This document shows, one piece after another, positions 52,906-64,000 of a stretch of 64,000 nucleotides of DNA. The notes beneath the pieces are model-generated. The model worked only from the letters and a program-made list of their open reading frames with translations, made no database searches and had not been told where the DNA came from. Where the stretch lies: contig OX597818.1 in the NCBI GenBank assembly GCA_951406725.2, positions 55,180,001 through 55,244,000 of the forward strand, given 5' to 3'. Each line of letters opens with the position of its first letter. The stretch's first letter is position 1. The position numbers were made by a program, and so were the translations under genes. This DNA comes from Octopus vulgaris. Lineage: Eukaryota.

Positions 52906-53509
52906 TATTATTATTATTATTATTATTATTGTTATTATTGCTGCCGGTTTCCAACCCTGACCACAACATCAAAGTCCACCTGTCACACTTCTCGGTCCAT
53001 CACAACTGCCTCTAGGAGTCCTTGGATAAGTTCCAGGCCAGTGACTGCCATCAAGTTGTCGGCCTGTGACGATGTGGTTCTCTTCTTACATCACCACAAA
53101 GTGGGTTCCATTAGACCAATTTCGGATGCTTCCACTTGGGGTTACGCACGCATTGACCAGATAAATTGCTGCTGTCTTTGCCTCATCTTCTCGCTAACTT
53201 TCGGCAGGCCTCTCTAAAAGCATTCGTTTGACATCTGTTGCTGCCATTCCTGGATTTAAGACGAGTTAGCCGTTCTGAAAGGGCAAAACGACTGTTTTTA
53301 CTCGTCTTTGAATCCAGAAGGATAGTTTTCTTCGATAGACTGAAACGTAGAGGAGTGGTGACTTTAAAGCTTTCCATCGTAGCTCTTTCTTCACAGGATC
53401 GAGGCTGACCTGGGGCTAAACGGCTGGGGCAGCAGATAAAAGATAAAAAGGTTTCAAATATGAAAATACGACTTCAAAGGCATTTACGGTGGCGTGCTTA
53501 TTTGTGTCT

Positions 53510-53760
53510 GTCTGTGTGTGTATGAATATGTGTGTGAGTATGTATATATATATGTGTGTGTATATATATGTATATAATATATATGTATACATATATGTAT
53601 ATATATATATGTATATATATGTATATATATAATATGCATATAATATATATGTATATATATATGTATATATATAATATGCATATAATATATATGTATATAT
53701 ATATATGTATATATATATAATATGCATATAATATATATGTATATATATATATGTACACAC

Positions 53761-53801
<41 letters not shown>

Positions 53802-53858
53802 TATATGTGTGTGTGTATATGTATATATATGTATGTATGTGTGTGTGTGTGTATATAC

Positions 53859-53899
<41 letters not shown>

Positions 53900-54000
53900 T
53901 ATTTATTTATGTATATATAATATATATATGTAGATATATATGTATGTACGTCTGTATTTTTTTTCTGTTAGTGTCTAGATCTATCTGTGTTTATATATGT
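53510..54000. repeat. (TA)n/(TG)n compound microsatellite
   Basis: Directly visible. Confidence 0.95.
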
Positions 54001-54153
54001 AAGTATATATGTATACATGCGTCCACCTGTGTATGTGTGTGTGTGTAAAATGTCAGTGTTTACAAGTGTCTGTGTGTGTGTGTGAGTTTTTCTGTGTCTG
54101 GAATTATATGCTTGTGTTTGTGTTTGCGCGCACATGTGTTCTACGTTAGCATT

Positions 54154-54199
<46 letters not shown>

Positions 54200-54777
54200 T
54201 CTCTTTGTGTCTGGGGTTTATGCGGGCGTTTCTTTGAATGACTGTGTGTATGTCTTCTTCTGTGTGTGTATGTGTGTTTGTGTTTATTTGTCTACGTGTG
54301 TGTATGTATGTGTGTGTTAGTTATTCCCCACCGCAACCACCAAAGCTAGCTTACTATTGCGTGGGTGTTACAAGGTTCTTTTAAAGTTGGCCCCTCTTCC
54401 CTTTTTTCTCTTTTCTTTTTTTGAAATATTTTACTGTATTTATTCAGAAACAACTACCTTCCAATCAACATACACTCCCACATACATATTTATACATACA
54501 GGTAAACACACCGTACATACATACATACATTAATTCATTCATACACACACGCGATTCCACACATTTCGAGATGTGTGTTAGTGTGTATACATTATACATA
54601 CATTTAGACCCCACCACACCACGCTCTCGCCTTCCTCTTCCTCCACACACATTCACACAAATATATATATATATATTATATATATATAATATATATATAT
54701 ATAAATATATATATATATACACACACATATGTGTGTGTGTATACATATATATGTGCGTGTATATATGTGTGTATACA

Positions 54778-54823
<46 letters not shown>

Positions 54824-54867
54824 TATATATGCGTGTGTGTATACATATATGTATATATGTATGTATG

Positions 54868-54909
<42 letters not shown>

Positions 54910-55041
54910 AACACACATATCTCTATATAGATACACATACACACACACAAGTCTTATACACACAATATTCAGATAAATGTATGAATATATTTTACTTACA
55001 ACTGTCTTTTCATACAAATACACATATGTGTGCAGTTGCTT

Positions 55042-55100
<59 letters not shown>

Positions 55101-56073
55101 GTATGTCTGTGTGTCACCAACAGGCAATATTTAACACACACATCACACACAGTATTAAAACCAAGCAAGGAGTGGTCCTACTAAAAAACCTTTAAATCCA
55201 GTTTTTTTCTCTCTCTCTCTCTCTCTCTCTTACCGCCGGTCACATTTGATCAGACGAGTTTACAAAAAGGGGTGGGGGATGGGAATAGGGGCTGGAGGAC
55301 CTGGGGGGGTAAGTATATAGTAGCGGGTAGGGGGGACTGCAAGTAGGTTTCTGCTTGAACATTTCAAAACCCTTAACACTTTTTACAAACTATCCTTAAA
55401 CAAACTGGTCCCCTTTTTTTTCTAACATTTACATATCACCCACGCCCCCCCCTCCACTGAACACATATTTACATTTCATTGCATGTGTTGCTATTTAGCC
55501 CTATATTTCCCTCACGTTCAAAAGCGTTCCACTTGTGACCATTCCATCTTTTATTATTACTATTATTATTTTTATTATTATTATTATTATTATATCTTAG
55601 AATACATTATTTAATGTCACCAAATTTTGTAGGAATCTTAAAAGCATTGTCTTGCTTATTTCCAATCCGATGGAGCCCATCCCTCTCGAAGTCTGATCAC
55701 AGCCGCTCTGTGTGGTTTAAGAAGTTCGCTTCTCAACCCCATGGTCACCGCGTCACCGCTTGGGCAAGTGTCCTTTTACTTTAGCGTCATGTCGATAGGA
55801 AACTGAAAGAAGCCCATCACAGAGTAAAAAGCTTGCTTCCCTGACACATGGTTCTGGGTTCGGTCCCTCTACGTTACGCCTTGACCAAGTGTCTTCTACT
55901 ATAGCCTCGGGTCGATCAAAGCTTTGTGAGTGAATCTGGAAGACGGAAACTGAAAGAAGCCTGTCTTATATATATAGTTGAAATTTACAAAACAAAACAA
56001 AACAAAAAAACGAAGACATGCATATAAGCAACAAGCAGGTGTATTAGTTTGACGCTTGGGAAGATGAGAAAGT

Positions 56074-56109
56074 CTTTTACGTTTCGAGCATACGCTCTTC
56101 ATCAGGAAG
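56074..56109 (-). ncRNA. Minimal hammerhead ribozyme with intact core
   Basis: Minus strand reads cttc-CTGATGA-a-gagc-gtat-gctc-GAAA-cg-TA-aaag. Perfect 4-bp stem II, palindromic ACGT stem III, GUA triplet. Confidence 0.75.
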
Positions 56110-56264
56110 GAACACGAAGAAATAAACAGAGAGAATAAAAAAAACTTTTGGAGTTAACGGTCAATCATATATATATATATATATATGTATATAATGACGA
56201 AAACAGGTGTATGAACAGAAAGGAGTAAGAGAAAATAAACACACAGAGAATGAAAAACACTTAC

Positions 56265-56643
56265 TCTCTTTACTCGTTTCAGTCATTTGACTGCAGCCAT
56301 GCTGGAGCACCGCCTTTAGTAGAGCAAATCGACCCTAGGACTTATCCTTTGGGTGCCTGGTACTTGTTATATTGGTCTCTTTTGTCGAACCGCTAAGTTA
56401 CAGGGACGTAAACACACCACCATCGGTTGTCAAGCGATGTTGGGGTGACAAACACAGACACACAAACATATCCATATATACGACGGGCTTCTTTCAGTTT
56501 CTGTCTACCAAATCCACTCTCAAGGCTTTGGTCGGCCCGAGGCTGTAGTAGAAGACACTTGCCCAAGGTGCCACGCAGTGGGACTGAACCCGGAACCATG
56601 TGGTTGGTAAGCAAGCTACTTACCACACAGCCACACCTGCGCC

Positions 56644-56645
<2 letters not shown>
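56265..56645 (-). mobile_element. SINE family A, full length
   Basis: Complete match to the family. Confidence 0.9.
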
Positions 56646-56703
<58 letters not shown>

Positions 56704-56871
56704 AATAAACAATTGCAGCACACGATCTCAGATCACGTCACTTGCTATGCAAGTACATCTCCATTATATATATATATATATAGTGTGTGTGCATATTAAG
56801 TATAAATCTTTATACATACATTGCTTTTCAAAATGTGTGCAACGTTATAAAAAGCCGATCTTAAACGAATG

Positions 56872-56932
<61 letters not shown>

Positions 56933-57989
56933 ATGCGTTTACGCGTCCGTATGTGTGTGTGTATATAAATGCGTTTCCTGTGAAAACTCAAGGGAATCAT
57001 TACCTAACCAGCACCGCCGCCGTCGCCGCCACTAAGCTGCACACGCCGTCACTCTGCTGTTTATTGAGGGAGTTAAGAAGGGTAAGGGGTTACGGCAGGG
57101 TAGTAAGGGGTTAGTGAAAAAGTGTGGGCGGTTGTATGGATTATTGTTGCTGTCGCGGTTACTGCTTTAAAAAAAAGGGGGGTTAATGTGTGCGTATATA
57201 TATATACACACACACATAATTGTGTGTGTAGAAGCATAGGTATATATATATATAATTCTTTTAATTGTTTGTCATTTGACTGCGGCCATGCTGGAGCACC
57301 GCCTTTAGTCGAGCAAATAAGCCTAGTGTTTATTCTATCGCTCTGTTTTGCTGAATCGCTAAGTTACGGGGACATAAATACACCAGTATCGGTTGCCAAG
57401 CGATGTTAGGGGGACAAGCAGCCCCACCCCCACACACATATATATATATATATAATCTTTTACTTGTTTCAATCATTAGACTGCGGTCATGCTGGGGCAC
57501 CGCCTTGAATGAGTCCAGTTCTCATTTTTTAAGCTTGGTACTTATTTTGTCAATCACTTTTGCGGAACCACTAAGCTATGGGGATGTAAACACGTCAACA
57601 CCGGTGTAGTGGGACAAACAGATACACACACACACTCGCATATGTATATGCGACGGGCTTCTTTCAGTTTCCTTCTACCAAATTCATTCACAAGGTTTTG
57701 GTTGGCCCGTGGTTATAATTGAAGACACTTGCTCAAGGTGTCACGAATTGGGACCGAACCCGGAACCATGTGGTTGGGAAGCAAGCTTCATACCTCACAG
57801 CCACACCTGCCCCTACATACGTATACTTAATAAACACACACACACAATTTAATGGATACATGAATCCTCCCTTCGTAGAATTTACACACATAAATGTACT
57901 GCTACCTTTTACATACGCACACATACACAGAATCATACACACACACACAGATATACACATAAATAGAATCACAAACACATACACAGAAT

Positions 57990-58590
57990 CACACACGCAT
58001 AGACACTCACACACACACACATACAGACGCATAGACACTCACACACACACACACATACAGACGCATAGACACTCACACACACACACATACACACGCATAG
58101 ACACTCACACACACACACACATACACACGCATAGACACTCACGCACACACACATACACACGCATAGACACTCACGCACACACACATACACACGCATAGAC
58201 ACACACACACACACACACATACACACGCATAGACACTCACACACACACACACATACACACTCACGCACACACACATACACACGCATAGACACTCACACAC
58301 ACACACACATACACACGCATAGACACTCACACACACACACATACACACGCATAGACACTCACACACACACATACATAGACACTCACACACACACATACAC
58401 ACGCATAGACACTCACACACACACATACACACGCATAGACACTCACACACACACACATACACACGCATAGACACTCACACACACACACATACACACGCAT
58501 AGACACTCACACACACACATACACACGCATAGACACTCACACACACACATACACACGCATAGACATACACACACACACACGCATAGACAC
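57990..58590. repeat. Minisatellite acacgcatagacactc(ac)n-at
   Basis: About 18 recurrences of gcatagacac with variable CA spacers. Confidence 0.95.
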
Positions 58591-58884
58591 TACATAGTCA
58601 CACGTATATATATATATATATATATATAATCTCACGCACATACACACACATACACAGAGGTATACACATTGTCACAGAGACACACAGGCGCACATAGAGA
58701 GACACACACAGACACACACACACATATGATAGAGAGAGAGATGTATACGCACACACGCACACACACACACACACACAACTCGGGCATTCTTCGTTTGTCT
58801 ACGACGAAGCCGACACATAATTATGAATAAACACTCTCACACATACACTTCCCGTCGTAGACTTCACACTCACTCACACACACA

Positions 58885-58903
58885 CTCTGCTCCCAGCTCT
58901 TCT

Positions 58904-58942
<39 letters not shown>

Positions 58943-58955
58943 TCCCAGCTCTTCT

Positions 58956-58993
<38 letters not shown>

Positions 58994-59030
58994 CTCCCAG
59001 CTCTTCTCCACACACACACACACACACTGA
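58885..59030. repeat. Three copies of ctgctcccagctcttctcc separated by (CA)n
   Basis: Directly visible. Confidence 0.9.
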
Positions 59031-60400
59031 GTTTCCCCAGTTGTTCCGTCTCGTAACAACAACAACCTCTAAAGATGTTACTCTTTTTCCCGTCTTTTTC
59101 CCTTCACCGTCGTCCATTCATAAAATTCTGAACAGAATTAGGACAAACTACAGCACTCTGCCACAAGTGGGCGTCGTCGCACGCTGCTCATGCTCCTGCT
59201 CTCTCACCCCCTCTCTCTGTCTCTATGTCTTTCTCTGTCTCTCTCTGTCTCTCTCTCTCTCTCTCTCTGTCCCTCTCTGTATATCTTAATCTTTCTCTCT
59301 TTCCCTTCTGCCTGGAGCACTACGTGTGTATACTGTGATGAAAATTTGTAGTTTCATTTATACATACATGCATACAAATGTGTGTGTGTGTGAGAGTATA
59401 TATATATATGTGTGTGTGTATATATATGTATATGTGTGTGAGTTTATAGATTTATATATATGTGTGTGTATGAGTATATCATATGTATATGTGTGTGTGT
59501 GTGAGTATATATATGTATACATATATATGTACATATATATGTATACATATATATGTACATATATGCATATATGTACATATAAATGTACATATATGCATAT
59601 ATATGTAGATATATGTACGTACATAATAATAAATATGTATATATATACGCATACCGAAAAAATAGAAATAGCAGTCAAGAATGCTTATTTCTATCAAAGT
59701 TGGACTCCGGGCATGACAGACCCTGTAATTCACATATGCAAAACAGAAGGAATAGATAACGAATACGAAGTCTGGCGGTTATCTGTGAACATCATGTTTC
59801 TGGATTATAAACATATTGAATATATTGAATATATTGAATATATTTTTTCGTATGCGGTCACAACCTGTTTTACCTGTCCTTTTTCTTATATACAATATAT
59901 ATACTGAACTTTACAGAAGTTCCTGCCGGTAATCGGCTATATTTACATACCGAATTCTACCAGTAAATAATTGGGGTTTTTTTAAAACCTTTATAGAAAT
60001 TATTACTCTTATCTATATATATATATATATATATATACATATATTCGTACATATATACATATATATAGACATATATAGACGCATATATATACATGTATGT
60101 TTGTATGCATGTATGTATGTATGTATACAAACACATACTTGCCTGTCATAAAGAAGAATGGATAATTACACTCCTTCAAATTTATTCATTACAGTAATAC
60201 CAATAATACTCTGATAAAATAAATTTTGAATATGTGCAGTTCTCCATTCTTCTTTATGGTCCCGTGGTTATACACCCTGTATGCTGCATGGCGTCTAATG
60301 AAGCAAACCCGGGTTTTACCTGTTGAATAGACTTACACTTTGTTCGGCTTAAAGGATTTCCAATGTTCCCTATCATTCGATGTTTCCCTATTCCATACGT

Positions 60401-60449
<49 letters not shown>

Positions 60450-60622
60450 TAGATAGATAGATAGATAGGTAGATAGGTAGGTAGGTAGGTAGGTAGGTAG
60501 GTAGGTAGGTAGGTAGATAGGTAGATAGATAGTAAATGCAAAAAAAACACACAAAAAACAACAACGCGAGGGCGTGGTACATGTAAAGCGTTAGCAGACG
60601 CTCAGGGAAGGAAAGAAAGGTG

Positions 60623-60657
60623 GTTTAACGTTTCGAGGAAAGTTCTTCTTCAGAAAC
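60623..60657 (-). ncRNA. Minimal hammerhead motif, stem II degraded
   Basis: Minus strand reads gttt-CTGAAGA-agaactttcctc-GAAA-cg-TT-aaac; stem I gttt/aaac is perfect. Confidence 0.6.
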
Positions 60658-61034
60658 AGGAGACAGAGGAAAGTCCAAGAGAAAAAGGAAGACGGAGAGG
60701 AAAAAAATAGCCAACGATTCCTGTCTAAAACAAGTAAACGAACAGACAGACAGACAGACAGATAGATAGAGATAGATATAAAAATAAATATTTTCTATCT
60801 ATCTATCTATCTATCTAGTTTCGCCTAATGGCTTATTCAACCAGTTATTTTGTGGATAAATAATTCCCAGTCAAAACGGACCATACCTTAAATTTGATTC
60901 TGTTTTGCAGTATTGCATCTCTTCTAGCAGATGTTATCGTAAAACTTTCTTTAAATAACCTTGGGCATATCCGCGCGCACACACACAAACACACACACAT
61001 ATATGTAACACGGATGTTCAATGCCTTTCACCGT

Positions 61035-61393
61035 AAATTGTACACTTGCTCTGTGTGTTTGAGGTGTGTGTGCGTCTGTCTGTCTCTTTGCATGTCCACT
61101 TCACTCTTTCTTTCTTCCTCTCCTCACTGTTAAACTGTCTTTCTTTCTCGCACTGTTGTAGTGATGGTGGGATGGCGGTGATGATTGTAGGTGTACCAGG
61201 CAATTAGTTTTTGTTTTTTAATGAAGAAAAATTAGGAAGTGTTAAGTCTTGATGTGTGGGTGTTCGGAAAACACACACACACACATTGAACAGGTGTGTG
61301 GCGATATAAGAAAAATTAAATCTAAACAAAAATATAATGAAATCATGTCTTAACGTATGGATGTCGACAGAGATATATTGACCGATATATATA

Positions 61394-61450
<57 letters not shown>

Positions 61451-61547
61451 CTAGCAATGTAGGTGTCGATATTCTTAGGCGCATTTAGGGACGATTGGAT
61501 TTGCCCTTTACGGTATCACACTGCGCCTAGCTGCTTGTATTATATCA

Positions 61548-61607
<60 letters not shown>

Positions 61608-61946
61608 CACACACATTTATATTTATAAAACAGTCCATGATTGGAGAGTTCAATACTAGGGATATCTTTACGGTTTCTTTGTTTCTTTTACCTGTTGCTT
61701 GTCAAAGGGTGGTTCGACTGTCTGGTCACGTAATTCTACATACTTGACGTTTCAGATCTTAGTCTTTCATCAGAAGAGTAGCATAAATGGAGTAAGAGAG
61801 ATAAATAGTCAGTGAGAGATTGGAGATGAGTTGTTAACCAGTGGGAATGCTTTCCTTTGGGAAGACTTTAGAAGGACGGAAGGGTTATACAAGTATCAAG
61901 AGCATATCCATGTTTGGAAGTGAGCGGTGTGTAGAGATGTATAACG

Positions 61947-61982
<36 letters not shown>

Positions 61983-62247
61983 ATATATATATATATATAT
62001 GTTTTATGTTTAGTTATATATAACAGCAATTTAACATTAAACTGAACAAATACTCAATATTCATTAGAATTCATGTTTATGAAACTTATACAATAATATA
62101 TAATAGGCAGTGACTTCGAGGTTTCAGCCTGCTATGGAAATTGTACACTTGCTCTGTGTGTTTGAGGTGTGTGCGCGTCTGTCTATTCTTTGCATGTCCA
62201 CTTCACTCTTTCTTTCTTCCTCTCCTCACTGTTAAACTGTCTTTCTT
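61035..62247 (+). repeat. ~110-bp direct duplication (61035-61146 and 62138-62247)
   Basis: aaattgtacacttgctctgtgtgtttgaggtgtgtg...cactgttaaactgtctttcttt occurs twice. Confidence 0.9.
61743..61776 (-). ncRNA. Minimal hammerhead ribozyme with intact core and GUC triplet
   Basis: Minus strand reads ctt-CTGATGA-a-aga-ctaaga-tct-GAAA-cg-TC-aag. Confidence 0.75.
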
Positions 62248-62869
62248 TTCTCTAAAATGATAACTGGAAACCCGTTGTAGCAACCTGCAGAATGAACCGC
62301 CATCGAAATAGTGATTGCATGTACATATGTTGGTCTGATTGTACGCTTGTAAGTATGTATGTTATATATGCATGTATGTAAGTGTGTGGGTGGAAATATA
62401 GGAAAATATGCCACTTGATGCATGTGTGAACATCATACAACAACATAAGATGATATCATGTTTCACCAGACTCCACATTTCTCATAAAGCGAGAGCCTAA
62501 ATTTATCATTGTCTAACAACATGAATCGAAAATGAAGAAGACTTTCAAAATGGCGAATTTTGTCGTCGTCGTAAATAGACATGCATTTATAGAAAAGGAT
62601 AGTGTCAGGCACTTCGAAAGATATTCAACTGCCTCATATTATATATATATATATTATATTATATACACGGGTGGGTAAATAAACGAAGGGAAGAGGCATT
62701 CAAGCCATTTAGTAAGAGTTACATGTATCATTGTTATTTGTAACAGTTTGATTCGACCCCCATGCAACTTAGTTTTGTAGACGTCGTACAGAAACGTAGC
62801 TTGTCGGCTGCTTTAAGCCCGACTTGAGGCCGGATCAAACCGCTTTAAATAATAATAACAATAATAATA

Positions 62870-62900
<31 letters not shown>

Positions 62901-63115
62901 TCGCTGTGAAAACAACATCCATTCATGAATAAATTTATTCATTAATTTTTTTAAATACATAATTTACCTGTGAATTTGCGTGTGTAATCTGGGAATGCAT
63001 ACAATGAGCTTCTCTGCCCTAGGTGTATGGAAAACACTCGGCGAGAAACGGAAGAAAATTTGAAGAAAGAAGGAAAAGTAATAATAATCTATCTATCTTT
63101 CTATCTATCTATCTA

Positions 63116-63146
<31 letters not shown>

Positions 63147-63231
63147 ATCACACACACGTACACACATATGCATAGAGTGTTTGAAGTGGTCTACATATAT
63201 TGTATATTGAGAAAATGGAGGCAGTTTAAAC

Positions 63232-63470
63232 CAGTCATTCTCAACGGGGGTGCTGGTGACCCTTGGAGGTTGATATAAGATTTTTTTGTTAGAATTTATA
63301 TGCAATAAATTTATTATACTCCTACAACACACACAAAATATTTTAGCAATTTTTTATATTTAATATTTAATATTGATTTTTCAATCATCGAATGGCTATG
63401 AGAGTCCATCCAAGTAAAATAGGAACCAAAAGGAGTTCATAGGTAAAAAGGAAATGGTTGAGAAGTTCTG
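63232..63470. mobile_element. hAT-type MITE
   Basis: Ends cagtcattctcaac / gttgagaagttctg; perfect TSD gtttaaac (63224-63231, 63471-63478). Confidence 0.85.
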
Positions 63471-63478
63471 GTTTAAAC

Positions 63479-63777
63479 CAGGCCTGGCCAACTTGAATTA
63501 CATTGCGTATAGTTTTTTGAGGGCCACTTGTCTACTAACAGAAATGAAAGCAATTTGCTTTCTCAGGCTTATCATTTATTACAATAATGAATGATCGTTG
63601 ATTCAACTTGAAATATTATCGTTACAAAAACAGTAGTATCTTTTTTTTTTTACTTTTCATTACAATCTTTAAATTTTGATGATATTTTTCAAATGTTTAT
63701 TTGAATAAACCCATTTCAAGAAAGTATTAAGTGGGCCGCAAGATAAAAGTCTGCGGGCCTCAGGTTGGCCAGCACTG
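63479..63777. mobile_element. Second hAT-type MITE directly abutting the first
   Basis: Ends caggcctggccaac / gttggccagcactg; subterminal gggccgc; flanks gtttaaac / ttttaaag. Confidence 0.75.
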
Positions 63778-63834
63778 TTTTAAAGGGACGAAAAAAAGCT
63801 GTAATAAAGAATTATCCAAAATTCTGACTGCTTC

Positions 63835-63914
<80 letters not shown>

Positions 63915-63917
63915 TGA

Positions 63918-64000
63918 GTAGGAGTGGCTGTGTGGTAAGTAGCTTGTTTACCAACGACATGGTTCCGGGTTCACTCCCACTGCGTGGCATCTTGGGCAAG
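63918..64000 (+). mobile_element. SINE family A 5' end (runs off the window)
   Basis: gtaggagtggctgtgtggtaagtagc...ggttcactcccac. Confidence 0.85.

Noticed and set aside
52940-53420. Complex unique-looking segment, possibly coding
   Set aside because: No sustained ORF or recognisable motif; probably a decayed repeat.

Overview
Repeat-saturated, AT-rich animal genomic DNA. The SINE families, the (TA)n/(CA)n/(TATC)n microsatellite load and the RTE LINE look like an Octopus (coleoid cephalopod) genome; this is recognition from memory, not a database search. Almost all ORFs in the track are microsatellite or SINE artefacts. The only convincing host coding sequence is a 160-nt + strand exon (7807-7966, ...IQKVPSISDLSEDSQ) resembling the N-terminal exon of ETS1/2/pointed-P2 proteins. 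I found no next exon (VPPLTPG.../PNT domain), so the remaining ~56 kb is probably one giant intron. Main highlights inside it: (1) a textbook recursive-splicing (ratchet point) architecture at 40765-40970, with a ~155-nt AG-free tract, CAG|GTAAGT and a 43-nt cryptic exon ending AAG|GTAAGC; (2) about 14 full or partial minimal hammerhead-ribozyme motifs of Penelope type, where the only two sense-strand copies keeping both core boxes are each paired with an antisense copy; (3) an inverted repeat carrying mirrored ETS + Su(H)/CSL motifs near 11 kb; (4) a homogeneous 106-bp tandem array. There are also many DNA-transposon relics (mariner, hAT, Mutator/Merlin-like) with recognisable TSDs.
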